Positions 46,040-59,689 of a stretch of DNA of 64,000 nt are shown piece after piece. The notes beneath the pieces were generated by a model. That model searched no databases, was not told the DNA's origin, and saw only the letters and a program-made list of their open reading frames with translations. A program made the position numbers and the translations under genes. The stretch lies in the NCBI GenBank assembly GCA_002269645.1, contig NIVC01001504.1:124001-188000 (forward strand), written 5' to 3'. Source of the DNA: Macrostomum lignano (taxonomy: Eukaryota). Numbering within the stretch: position 1 is the stretch's first letter; each line of letters begins with the position of its first letter.

Positions 46040-47585
46040 TGAGAATCAGTCATGAACAGCCCGTGAGAATCTCATAAAATACATGAAAATCGGTCATATA
46101 CAGCCGAGAATCGGTCATAAGCAGCCGTGAGAATCTGTCATAAACAGTCATGAGAATCGGTTATAGAAAGCTCTTGAGAATTTATCATAAACTGTCAAAA
46201 ACAGCCCGTGAGAATCTGTCATAAACAGCCCATGAAAAGCTGTCATAAAAAAACTTGAGAATCAGTCATCAACAGCCCGTGAAAATCGGTCATAAACAGC
46301 CTGTGGCAATCGGTCATAAACAGCCCGTGAATATCGGTCATAAGCACTTAAAAAAATTGGTCATAAACAGCCCGTGGGAATCGGTCATAAGCAGCCCGTG
46401 AAAATCGGTCATAAGCACTTAAAAAATTGGTCATAAACAGCCCGTGGGAATCGGTCATGAACAGCCCGTGGGAATCGGTCATAAACAGCCCGTGAAAATC
46501 GGTCATAAGCACTAAAAAAATTGGTCATAAACAGCCCGTGGCAATCGGTCATAAACAGCCCGTGAAAATCGGTCATAAACAGCCCGTGAAAATCGGTCAT
46601 AAACAGCCCGTGGCAATCGGTCATAAACAGCCCGTGGCAATCCGTCATAAACAGCCCGTGAAAATCGGTCATAAACAGCCCGTGGGAATCGGTCATAAAC
46701 AGCCCGTGGCAATCCGTCATAAACAGCCCGTGAAAATCGGTCATAAACAGCCCGTGGGAATCGTTCATAAACGACCGTGGGAATCGGTCATAAACAGCCC
46801 GTGAAAATTGGTCATAAAAAGCTCGTGGCAATCGGTCATAAACAGCCGTGAAAATCGGTCATAAACAGCCCGTGAATGTCGGTCATAAACAGCCCGTGGC
46901 AATCGGTCATAAGCACTTAAAAAATTGGTCATAAACAGCCCGTGGGAATCGGTCATGAACAGCCCGTGGGAATCGGTCATAAACAGCCCGTGGCAATCGG
47001 TCATAAACAGCCCGTGAAAATCGGTCATAAACAGCCCGTGAAAATCGGTCATAAACAGCCCGTGGCAATCGGTCATAAACAGCCCGTGGCAATCCGTCAT
47101 AAACAGCCCGTGAAAATCGGTCATAAACAGCCCGTGGGAATCGGTCATAAACAGCCCGTGGCAATCCGTCATAAACAGCCCGTGAAAATCGGTCATAAAC
47201 AGCCCGTGGGAATCGTTCATAAACGACCGTGGGAATCGGTCATAAACAGCCCGTGAAAATTGGTCATAAAAAGCTCGTGGCAATCGGTCATAAACAGCCG
47301 TGAAAATCGGTCATAAACAGCCCGTGAATGTCGGTCATAAACAGCCCGTGGCAATCGGTCATAAGCACTTAAAAAATTGGTCATAAACAGCCCGTGGGAA
47401 TCGGTCATGAACAGCCCGTGAAAATCGGTCATAAACAGCCAGTGAATGTCGGTCATAAACAGCCCGTGGCAATCGGTCAAGCAGCCCGTGAAAATCGGTC
47501 ATAAGCACTTAAAAAATTGGTCATAAACAGCCCGTGGGAATTGGTCATGAACAGCCCGTGGGAATCGGTCATAAACGACCGTGAG
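46040..47585. repeat. 24-bp minisatellite (CCCGTGAAAATCGGTCATAAACAG) with a higher-order period of about 452 bp
   Basis: Read directly; two near-identical antisense ORFs end at 46831 and 47283. Confidence 0.95.
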
Positions 47586-48505
47586 AAACTTGTCGGTGCC
47601 TCTTTGCTCCCTAATAAGCGCGGCTGTCATCTGAGCCTCAGCGGCTCATCTGCTAATTGATGCTGCATTGCTGCAGCTCCTAATGCTGCTCACTCATCCC
47701 GCCTTGGCTGAAGGGATCTCAGTTATCATCTTCGCACCTCTACGTAATTAGTGAATCTTCTGACCCCGCCCCTCGCTGAGATCCCCGAGCCTCGCGGGAA
47801 AATCAATCAATAATTGGCAAAAGTTTGCAAGCAGAAACAGTTCATCGTTAATGCAGCTTTATCATGCTATTAATTTTCAATTCACTTAACCGTGCGGCTT
47901 GCGATTCAGTCTTTTTTTGGGGGGGGGGAGAGGCGACTTTCTAACTGGCTGAGCATCCGGCATGCAGCCTCCGCTCCTCATCAGTCACAGTATTTTCTCC
48001 CCTTCCGTTTGTCGGAAGTGTCTGTCGCTGCTGGCTCAACTGAAAAGCCTGAAGCCTCCAGCTTCCTGCATCTTCCCATCTCCATCGGAATTGGGAGTAT
48101 TTTTAACTCAGTAGACTATTTAGTGCCTAGCAACGCGCCTTGTTTACGCTCGTATTTTGGATACAACCAACCCCTCTCTATCTGAGGAGCTGTTTTGCTA
48201 GTTGCACTGATGCCCCAGCGGCCGGATTAAAGACAGGCGGGAGACGCTGAGTCTGAGGCCTGGCCAGTGGGGATTAGCCGGCACGATCCCCTCATTTGAT
48301 TGATACATACTTGGTCCTGATGCGCTGCTGCCCACCCTCGCGCTAATCCCCGGTCTGTTTAATCAGCGGACGCCACGCTGATCCTCGGCAGGCAAAATAA
48401 ACAGTGGCAAGCCGCTTCAAAGCTTTTTTCTGCTGGTAGCCGGCTTCAGGACCGAGACGGGAGGTAAAGTGCAAGGCGACCCACGCTACTCAGCAGGGGG
48501 GGGGG

Positions 48506-49114
48506 CATCACAAACCCGAAATATTTCCCGATGTAAACCCGATGCTATTTGAGTTTTTGACGTTATGATTTTTCTGGTTTGTGATATTTCTGGTTTGTGA
48601 TGTTTCTGGTTTGTGATATTTCTGGTTTGTGATATTTCGAGTTTGTGGTATTTCTGGTTTGTGATATTTCTGGTTTGTGATATTTCGGGTTTGTGATATT
48701 TCTGGTTTGTGATATTTCTGGTTTGTGATATTTATGGTTTGTGATATTTCAGGTTTGTGATATTTATGGTTTGTGATATTTCTGGTTTGTGATATTTCGG
48801 GTTTGTGGTATTTCTGGTTTGTGATATTTCGGGTTTGTGATATTTCTGGTTTGTGATATTTCGGGTTTGTGATATTTCTGGTTTGTGATATTTCGGGTTT
48901 GTGATATTTCGGGTTTGTGATATTTCTGGTTTGTGATATTTCTGGTTTGTGATATTTCGGGTTTGTGGTATTTCTGGTTTGTGATATTTCGGGTTTGTGA
49001 TATTTCGGGTTTGTGATATTTCTGGTTTGTGATATTTCTGGTTTGTGATATTTCGGGTTTGTGGTATTTCTGGTTTGTGATATTTCGGGTTTGTGATATT
49101 TCGGGTTTGTGATG
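48506..49114. repeat. 16-bp array (TTTC(T/G)GGTTTGTGATA) preceded by one inverted unit
   Basis: CATCACAAACCCGAAATA at 48506-48523 is the exact reverse complement of 49097-49114. Confidence 0.9.
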
Positions 49115-49376
49115 ATCGTTGCTAACCATTTCGTAGTTGTGATTTTTCGCAGTTTATGATGGCGACCCTCAGCAATAACTGCCCCCCCCCCGGCTATCAC
49201 GCGGCACAGTTAGGAAATTTATATTATAGTTATTTATAGTCGGCGATTTCTGATGCCCCTCCCCATCAACGATCCTCGCTACGTCGACGAATGAGGGCTC
49301 TCGCGGTGCTTCACGCGTTGCCGAATCACCAAGGCGGTTGCTTAACTTCTGCTAAACGGGTTCGCAGTGATTTAGA

Positions 49377-50482
49377 GGTGTGCAGCTCAGTGGATTAGGG
49401 GTGTGCAGCTCAGTGGATTAGGGGTGTGCAGCTCAGTGGATTAGGGGTGGGTAGCTCAGTGAATTAGGGGTGTGCAGCTCAGTGGATTAGGGGTGTGCAG
49501 CTCAATGGATTATGGGTGTGCAGCTCAGTGGATAAGGGTGTGTAGCTCAGTGGATTAGGGGTGGGTAGCTCAGAGGATTAGGGGTGTGCAGCTCAGTGGA
49601 TTAGGGGTGTGCAGCTCAGTGGATTACGGGTGTGCAGCTCAGTGGATTAGGGGTGTGCAGCTCAGTGGATTAGGGGTGTGCAGCTCAGTAGATTAGGGGT
49701 GTGTAGCTCAGTGGATTAGGGGTGTGCAGCTCAGTGGATTAGGGGTGTGCAGCTCAGTGGATTAGGGGTGTGCAGCTCAGTGGATTAGGGTGTGTAGCTC
49801 AGTGGATTAGGGGTGTGTAGCTCAGTGGATTACGGGTATGCAGCTCAGAGGATTAGGGGTGTGTAGCTCAGTGGATTACGGGTATGCAGCTCAGTGGATT
49901 AGGGGTGTGTAGCTCAGTGGATTAGGGGTGGGTAGCTCAGAGGATTAGGGGTGTGCAGCTCAGTGGATTAGGGGTGTGCAGCTCAGTGGATTACGGGTGT
50001 GCAGCTCAGTGGATTAGGGGTGTGCAGCTCAGTGGATTAGGGGTGTGCAGCTCAGTAGATTAGGGGTGTGTAGCTCAGTGGATTAGGGGTGTGCAGCTCA
50101 GTGGATTAGGGGTGTGCAGCTCAGTGGATTAGGGGTGTGCAGCTCAGTGGATTAGGGTGTGTAGCTCAGTGGATTAGGGGTGTGCAGCTCAGTGGATTAC
50201 GGGTATGCAGCTCAGAGGATTAGGGGTGTGTAGCTCAGTGGATTACGGGTATGCAGCTCAGTGGATTAGGGGTGTGCAGCTCAGTGGATTAGGGGTGTGC
50301 AGCTCAGAGGATTAGGGGTGTGCAGCTCAGTGGATTAGGGGTGTGTAGCTCAGTGGATTACGGGTGTGTAGCTCAGTGGATTACGGGTATGCAGCTCAGA
50401 GGATTAGGGGTGTGCAGCTCAGTGAATTAGGGGTGTGCAGCTCAGTGGATTAGGGGTGTGCAGCTCAGAAGATTAGGGGTGT
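49377..50482. repeat. 23-bp minisatellite (GGGGTGTG(C/T)AGCTCAGTGGATTA), about 48 copies
   Basis: Read directly. Confidence 0.96.
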
Positions 50483-51139
50483 CTACTGAGTTAAATACCT
50501 GACGACGGGAAGTCAGGGCCGCTGCACACCCTGTGTGATCTGTGTGCAGCCAGGAAGGAGATCCTCCGTAGCGATGGGACTGCTGGATGAAGATGTGCTA
50601 TGTTGCTATCAACTTTTATCCTAATATGGAAGCGGCAACCATAAAAAGACATCATAAAAATCCCTAATACGCATACGCATCACAGCCTCAGTGGGGATCT
50701 TGAAGATGACTCCAGTTCGTACCACTCCAAAGGCGCTTTTATGGCGGCTTTTTTCCGAACTTTTTAAAGTTAACAGAGGAAGGCAGGGAGGAAGAAAAAG
50801 ACGGGAACACAAAACTTCTCCGGCCTTCAAAACACCCCTCACTGCGTGCACTAAGCCGGTTTGCACTGTCCGTCACCAGCAACTTGCACAAACAAATTCA
50901 TCTTCTTTAAAGTCGGCTTGGGATGCGCGGTAGCCACGATAAATTATGCTAAATTATGCCCAGTCAACTCACATGGCTTTTCTGTCTTTGAGCTGGGGTG
51001 AGCTGTTTTGCTTGAGGAGCCGCCTCTGCGGGTGAGCAATTCAACAAAAGAGCGATACCGCCTTTGGATCCTGAATTAGCATGCCGCCTGCACTGGGAAC
51101 TATTCATGCTGATGAGGAATGGAGGCTGACAACTTCTGA

Positions 51140-51662
51140 GATCATTCATTCTACTCCATCCTTCATCATCAGCCTCCATCCTACATCAGTCTCCATCCTT
51201 CATCAGCCTTTGCTCTTCATCAGCCTCCATCCTTCATCAACCTTCATCCTTCATCAGCTTTCATCCTTCATCATCAGTCTCCATCCTTCATCAGCCTCCA
51301 TCCTTCATCAGCCTCCACCCTTCATCAGCCTCCATCCTTCATCAGCCTCCATCCTTCATCAGCCTCCATCCTTCATCAGCCTCCACCCTTCATCAGCCTC
51401 CATCCTTCATCAACCTTCATCCTTCATCAGCCTTCATCCTTCATCATCAGCCTCCACCCTTCATCAGCCTCCATCCTTCATCAACATTCATCCTTCATCA
51501 ACCTTCATCCTTCATCATCAGTCTCCATCCTTCATCAGCCTCCATCCTTCATCAGCCTCCATCCTTCATCAGCCTCCATCCTTCATCAGCCTCCATCCTT
51601 CATCAGCCTCCATCCTTCATCAGCCTCCATCCTTCATCAGCCTTCACCCTTCATCAGCCTTT
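51140..51662. repeat. 17-bp minisatellite (CAGCCTCCATCCTTCAT)
   Basis: Read directly. Confidence 0.92.
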
Positions 51663-52089
51663 GCTTCCTTATCCAGCAGCTGTCACCGAGAGCTAAAGGA
51701 TGTCAGTACGCACTGTCATTGCAAAGTGCACGTACACAATCAGCATAGCATTACTTACAATAGTAATAACGGTGAGTATTGCAGTATGCGTGCCACTCCC
51801 AGGCCGGCATCAATCTTGGCATTCAGGGCCTCCTCGCCAGCGCCCATTCCGCAGCTCTGAGCGGTCAGGGCAAACAGTCGCTGTCTGGCAGTCCCCGCCA
51901 GCCTCCCTAACTGGGCTGGGGCGCTGCGGCAGCACGGCTGAGATGTAGGGGGAGGGGCGGTCCGGCTGGGAAATCTCGCCACTCTACTCATCTCGGCTCC
52001 CTTTTCCTCGCATCTCCCTGCTTTCTGAATTCATCTGGTGCTGTCTCTGGCTCTCGTCTCTTTCCTCTGTTTCGTTTTAGTAGCGAGAG

Positions 52090-54478
52090 AGGATCAGATA
52101 GATATTCAATGGACACCCGATAGATATCAGACAGATATTCAATAGACATTCAATAGATATCAGACAGATATTCAATAGACATCCAATAGATTTCAGATAG
52201 ATATTCAATGGACACCCGATAGATATCAGATAGATATTCAATGGACATCCAATAGATTTCAGATAGATATTCAATGGACACCCGATAGATATCAGACAGA
52301 TATTCAATAGACATTCAATAGATATCAGACAGATATTCAATAGACATCCAATAGATTTCAGATAGATATTCAATGGACACCCGATAGATATCAGATAGAT
52401 ATTCAATGGACATCCAATAGATTTCAGATAGATATTCAATGGACATCCAATAGATATCAGATAGATATTCAATGGACATCCAATAGATTTCAGATAGATA
52501 TTCAATGGACACCCGATAGATATCAGACAGATATTCAATAGACATCCAATAGATTTCAGATAGATATTCAATGGACACCCGATAGATATCAGATAAATAT
52601 TCAATGGACATCCAATAGATTTCAGATAGATATTCAATGGACACCCGATAGATATCAGATAAATATTCAATGGACATCCAATAGATTTCAGATAGATATT
52701 CAATGGACACCCGATAGATATCAGATAGATATTCAATGGACATCCAATAGATATCAGATAGATATTCAATGGACATCCAATAGATATCAGATAGATATTC
52801 AATGGACACCCGATAGATATCAGATAAATATTCAATGGACATCCAATAGATATCAGATAGATATTCAATGGACATCCAATAGATATCAGATAGATATTCA
52901 ATGGACATCCAATAGATATCAGATAAATATTCAATGGACACCCGATAGATATCAGATAGATATTCAATGGACATCCAATAGATATCAGATAGATATTCAA
53001 TGGACACCCGATAGATATCAGATAGATATTCAATGGACACCCGATAGATATCAGACAGATATTCAATGGACATCCAATAGATATCAGATAAATATTCAAT
53101 GGACATCCAATAGATATCAGACAGATATTCAATGGACATCCAATAGATATCAGATAAATATTCAATGGACATCCAATAGATATCAGATAAATATTCAATG
53201 GACATCCAATAGATATCAGATAAATATTCAATGGACATCCAATAGATATCAGATAAATATTCAATGGACATCCAATAGATATCAGACAGATATTCAATGG
53301 ACATCCAATAGATATCAGATAAATATTCAATGGACATCCAATAGATATCAGATAGATATTCAATGGACACCCGATAGATATCAGATAAATATTCAATGGA
53401 CATCCAATAGATATCAGACAGATATTCAATGGACACCCGATAGTAGATATCAGACAGATATTCAATGGACATCCAAAAGATATCAGATAGATATTCAATG
53501 GACATCCAATAGATATCAGACAGATATTCAATGGACATCCAATAGATATCAGATAAATATTCAATGGACATCCAATAGATATCAGATAGATATTCAATGG
53601 ACACCCGATAGATATCAGACAGATATTCAATGGACACCCGATAGATATCAGACAGATATTCAATGGACATCCAATAGATATCAGATAAATATTCAATGGA
53701 CATCCAATAGATATCAGATAAATATTCAATGGACATCCAATAGATATCAGATAAATATTCAATGGACATCCAATAGATATCAGATAGATATTCAATGGAC
53801 ACCCGATAGATATCAGACAGATATTCAATGGACATCCAATAGATATCAGATAAATATTCAATGGACATCCAATAGATATCAGATAGATATTCAATGGACA
53901 CCCGATAGATATCAGACAGATATTCAATGGACATCCAATAGATATCAGATAAATATTCAATGGACATCCAATAGATATCAGATAGATATTCAATGGACAC
54001 CCAATAGATGCCGGATAGATGCCAGATAGATGCCAGATAGATGCCAGATAGATGCCAGATAGATGCCAGATAGATGCCAGATAGATGCCAGATAGATGCC
54101 AGATAGATGCCAGATAGATGCCAGATAGATGCCGGATAGATGCCAGATAGATGCCAGATAGATGCCAGATAGATGCCAGATAGATGCCAGATAGATGCCA
54201 GATAGATGCCAGATAGATGCCGGATAGATGCCATGCCAGATAGATGCCAGATAGATGCCGGATAGATGCCATGCCAGATAGATGCCAGATAGATGCCGGA
54301 TAGATGCCGGATAGATGCCGGATAGATGCCTGATAGATTCCAGATAGATGTCACATGGATGCCGGATAGATGCCAGATAGATGCCAGATAGATGCCGGAT
54401 AGATGCCAGATAGATGTCACATGGATGCCGGATAGATGCCGGATAGATGCCAGATAGATGCCGGATAGATGCCAGATA
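52090..54478. repeat. Compound array: 33-bp unit (to about 54005) then 11-bp unit GATAGATGCCA
   Basis: Read directly. Confidence 0.97.
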
Positions 54479-54744
54479 CTCGTAGGCTGCAAGCCATGCA
54501 GCGGAGACCAGGGCAGAGGCGGCCTGAGCGCTTTGAATAAAGGAAGGGTGGGCGCTGGGCGGACTTTGTCAAACTTGTCGCTGTCGCATAGGGGCTGCCG
54601 CAGCCCTCAGAGAGGTCGAAGGAGTAGCGGCGGGGATTTGATTAGAGCGGCAATTTTGGCTGTGAGAGGCGTGGGGGAATGAAATTATCCCGGAGCTCTT
54701 GGAGTGCTCAGCTGCCCCTAATGCAATTTTCCTGCGTTGCACAG

Positions 54745-55080
54745 CTGGATTCAGGTTCGGGTTCCCGATTTCGGATTCGGGTCCCCGATTTCAGATTCGA
54801 GTTCCCATTTTCAGATTCGGGTTCCTGATTTCAGATTCAAGTTTCCGATTTCGGATTCGGGTTCTCGATTTCGGATTCGGGTTCTCGATTTCGGGTTCGG
54901 GTTCTCGATTTCGGATTCGGGTTCTCGATTTCGGGTTCGGGTTCTCGATTTCGGGTTCGGGTTCTCGATTTCGGATTCGGGTTCTCGATTTCGGGTTCGG
55001 GTTTCCGATTTCGGGTTCGGGTTTCCGATTTCAGATTTGGGTTCCCGATTTCAGATCCGGGTTTCTGATTTCAGATTCGG
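54745..55080. repeat. TTCGG(G/A)TTC(T/C)CGAT-type 20-bp repeat
   Basis: Read directly. Confidence 0.9.
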
Positions 55081-55324
55081 TCCGCGGTCGGGAACCGAGC
55101 TTAATTAGCCACTTCATTAGCTGGACTGTGCTGACCAGGCTGCCGCTAAACACTGATTAGCACCTTGGGAAATCTGAGTGATTAGTCGGGAAATATTCGG
55201 TCAAACATTCGATTGCAGGGGCTGCAGTCGCCGCAGTGTGGATTCTTCCGGCTCGGCAGGGCGGGCTGGGTGCTGCTCATAAAATCCGTGGGCTCGCGGT
55301 CATAAAGTGCTGCTCACAATCACA

Positions 55325-57255
55325 ATGACAACCATGACCATCTCGTCACTAATCAGCAGGATAATCATGACCATCTCATCATCAATCAGCAGGATAATCA
55401 TGACCATCTCATCATCAATCAGCAGGATAATCATGACCATCTCATCACTACTCAGCAGGATAATCATGACCATCTCAACACTGATCAGCAGGATAATCAT
55501 GAACATCTCAACACTGATCAGCAGGATAATCATGACCATCTTAACACTGATCAGCAGGATAATCATGACCATCTCAACACTGATCAGCAGGATAATTATG
55601 ACCATCTCAACACTAATCAGCAGGATAATCATGACCATCTCATCATCAATCAGCAGGATAATCATGACCATCTCATCATCAATCAGCAGGATAATCATGA
55701 CCATCTCATCACTACTCAGCAGGATAATCATGACCATCTTATCACCAATCAGCAGAATAATCATGACCATCTCATCATCAATCAGCAGGATAATCATGAC
55801 CATCTCATCATCAATCAGCAGGATAATCATGACCATCTCATCATCAATCAGCAGGATAATCATGACCATCTCATCACTACTCAGCAGGATAATCATGACC
55901 ATCTTAACACCAATCAGCAGGATAATCATGACCATCTCATCACTACTTAGCAGGATAATCATGACCATCTCAACACTGATCAGCAGGATAATCATGAACA
56001 TCTCAACACTGATCAGCAGGATAATCATGACCATCTTAACACTGATCAGCAGGATAATCATGACCATCTCAACACTGATCAGCAGGATAATTATGACCAT
56101 CTCAACACTAATCAGCAGGATAATCATGACCATCTCATCATCAATCAGCAGGATAATCATGACCATCTCATCATCAATCAGCAGGATAATCATGACCATC
56201 TCATCACCAATCAGCAGGATAATCATGACCATCTCATCATCAATCAGCAGGATAATCATGACCATCTCAACACTACTCAGCAGGATAATTATGACCATCT
56301 CATCACCAATCAGCAGGATAATCATGACCATCTCATCACCAATCAGCAGGATAATCATGACCATCTCATCATCAATCAGCAGGATAATCATGACCATCTC
56401 ATCACCAATCAGCAGGATAATCATGACCATCTCATCACCAATCAGCAGGATAATCATTACCATCTCATCACTAATCAGCAGGATAATCATGACCATCTCG
56501 TAACTAATCAGCAGGATAATCATGACCATCTCGTCACTAATCAGCAGGATAATCATGACCATCTCGTCACTAATCAGCAGGATAATCATGACCATCTCAT
56601 CATCAATCAGCAGGATAATCATGACCATCTCGTCACTAATCAGCAGGATAATCATGACCATCTCATCATCAATCAGCAGGATAATCATGACCATCTCATC
56701 ATCAATCAGCAGGATAATCATGACCATCTCATCACCAATCAGCAGGATAATCATGACCATCTCATCATCAATCAGCAGGATAATCATGACCATCTCATCA
56801 TCAATCAGCAGGATAATCATGACCATCTCATCATCAATCAGCAGGATAATCATGACCATCTCATCACCAATCAGCAGGATAATCATGACCATCTCATCAT
56901 CAATCAGCAGGATAATCATGACCATCTCAACACTACTCAGCAGGATAATTATGACCATCTCATCACCAATCAGCAGGATAATCATGACCATCTCATCACC
57001 AATCAGCAGGATAATCATGACCATCTCATCATCAATCAGCAGGATAATCATGACCATCTCATCACCAATCAGCAGGATAATCATGACCATCTCATCACCA
57101 ATCAGCAGGATAATCATGACCATCTCATCACCAATCAGCAGGATAATCATGACCATCTCATCATCAATCAGCAGGATAATCATGACCATCTCATCACCAA
57201 TCAGCAGGATAATCATGACCATCTCATCACTACTCAGCAGGATAATCATGACCAT
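55325..57255. repeat. 33-bp minisatellite (ATCAGCAGGATAATCATGACCATCTCATCATCA)
   Basis: Read directly; explains the long ISRIIMTISSS and DEMVMIILLI pseudo-ORFs. Confidence 0.97.
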
Positions 57256-57799
57256 TGCACCTCCAAGAGTTTTCAACATCCACTTGAGTGACTGCACCAA
57301 AGCATATTTGCCCTGTGTCTCACAGCTCACGCAAGCAGAAGTCACTCCAGCCTTCTCATGCCAATATCATTTACTCAGTCCAACAAAAATGCAGCAAATT
57401 GCTTTTTTCAATTTCTGCTAAAGCCCGGACTTGCCGGCCACCCCCCGCTGCCCAGGTGTGTCAATCAATGCGGTCTGCGTGCCAAGCTCATTCCGGGTGC
57501 CCTTCCCTGTGGCAGCTCACGAGGTGAATCTCTGTTGAGCTGGGAGAAAAACTGCTCAAAATGGAAGTTGTGGAAAATGCCCCCTCCCCAAAGCCGGGAC
57601 AGCAAAGTTGGCTGTTGAGGAGCTGGGAAGATTCTGGCTGCTGGATGCTTCATCTGCCAGGCCGCCTCATCCAAGATTCAGCAATATTCTGCCACCTCTT
57701 TGCTGCTTTGGCAGGAAAAAGCAATGCTGCTTCTGCCTTTTATTTTATGACACTTTCAGATCTGAATGGAATGAGCTGTCTCACTTTAATGTGTTCTCC

Positions 57800-59180
57800 C
57801 TGAGAGTCTGAGAGAATCTCTCTGAAGTCTGGGACAATCTCTCTGTGAGAGTCTGGGACAATCTCTCTGTGAGAGTCTGGGACAATCTCTCTGTGAGAGT
57901 CTGAGACAATCTCTGTGAGAGTCTGAGACAATTTCTGTGAGAGTCTGAGGCAATCTCTCTGAAGTCTGGGACAATCTCTCTGTGAGAGTCTGGGACAATC
58001 TCTCTGTGAGAGTCTGAGACAATCTCTGTGAGAGTCTGAGACAATTTCTGTGAGAGTCTGAGGCAATCTCTCTGAAGTCTGGGACAATCTCTCTGTGAGA
58101 GTCTGAGAACATCTCTGTTAGAGTCTGATACAATCTCTGTGAGAGTCTGAGACAATTTCTGTGAGAGTCTGAGACAATCTCTGTGAGAGTCTGAGACAAT
58201 CTCTCTGAAGTCTGGGACAATCTCTCTGTGAGAGTCTGAGACAATCTCTGTGAGAGTCTGAGACAATCTCTGTGAGAGTCTGAGACAATCTCTCTGAAGT
58301 CTGGGACAATCTCTCTGTGAGAGTCTGGGACAATCTCTCTGTGAGAGTCTGGGACAATCTCTCTGTGAGAGTCTGAGACAATCTCTGTGAGAGTCTGAGA
58401 CAATTTCTGTGAGAGTCTGAGACAATCTCTCTGTGAGAGTCTGAGCAATCTCTCTGTGAGAGTCTGAGACATTTCTGTGAGAGTCTGAGACAATTTCTGT
58501 GAGAGTCTGAGACAATCTCTCTGTGAGAGTCTGAGACAATCTCTCTGTGAGAGTCTGAGACAATCTCTCTTAGAGCCTGAGACAATCTCTCTGTGAGAGT
58601 CTGAGACAATTTCTGTGAGAGTCTGAGACAATCTCTCTGTGAGAGTCTGAGCAATCTCTCTGTGAGAGTCTGAGACAATCTCTGTGAGAGTCTGAGACAA
58701 TCTCTCTGTGAGAGTCTGAGACAATCTCTCTTAGAGCCTGAGACAATCTCTCTGTGAGAGTCTGAGACAATCTCTCTGTGAGAGTCTGAGACAATTTCTG
58801 TGAGAGTCTGAGACAATCTCTCTGTGAGAGTCTGAGACAATCTCTCTGCGAGAGTCTGAGGCAATCTCTATTAGAGTCTAAGACAATCTTTCTGTGAGAG
58901 TCTGAGACAATTTCTGTGAGAGTCTGAGACAATTTCTGTGAGAGTCTGAGACAATCTCTCTGTGAGAGTCTGAGACAATCTCTCTGTGAGAGTCTGAGGC
59001 AATCTCTATTAGAGTCTAAGACAATCTTTCTGTGAGAGTCTGAGACAATTTCTGTGAGAGTCTGAGACAATCTCTCTGAAGTCTGAGACAATCTCTCTGT
59101 GAGATTCTGAGACAATCTCTGTGAGAGTCTGGGACAATCTCTGTTAGGGTCTGGGCAACCTCTGTAAGAGTCTGAGAGAC
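57800..59180. repeat. 22/24-bp minisatellite (GAGAGTCTGAGACAATCTC(TC)TGT)
   Basis: Read directly. Confidence 0.96.
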
Positions 59181-59689
59181 AGTTTAAGTCGCAAACAAAA
59201 AGGATTCAAATACTTTGATCTGCATTTTCACAATTGTTAGCAAATACCCGAACCAACTCTCATATATTTGAATTGTGCCGCTTACCGGGGTGGGTGCAAC
59301 AGGCAATTGCAGTGTGGTTGCGCAAAGCTAAAAATAGTATCTTAGGCATAAGCAGAAGCATTAAGTATAATGTATCAATATTCATTGTCTACCAAGGGGA
59401 ATTTACGTTTTGTGACTGTCGCATCATCTGCTGCGGCGAGTGAAGCCGCAGTTTCTCCCTAGTCCGGTAGCTGGAGAAAATCGGCACCGGAGTCCTGCGC
59501 CAATTCTTGCATTTTTCTCTGCTTCTAAAAGCAGCTTAGGCCGGACTTGGACGCCCAGAAGTGCCGCGAGATGCGGCAGCAATTAATGATGCATGATGAG
59601 GCTGAGGATTCTGAGAGAGGAGCTGCCTGCCCGCCCTGCCAGAAGGTGAGCGCCTTGAATAGCCAGGGGCAGCTGTGGGAGCCCTCATC

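Noticed and set aside
49377-50482. tRNA genes or telomeric repeat
   Set aside because: Only an A-box-like 5' fragment; TTAGGG occurs once per 23-bp unit, not as tandem hexamers.
52077-57421. Several 300-730-aa ORFs (also 15160-16636, 37042-38498, 57781-59115, 63245-63988)
   Set aside because: All are frames through minisatellites, usually open in several frames or on both strands.
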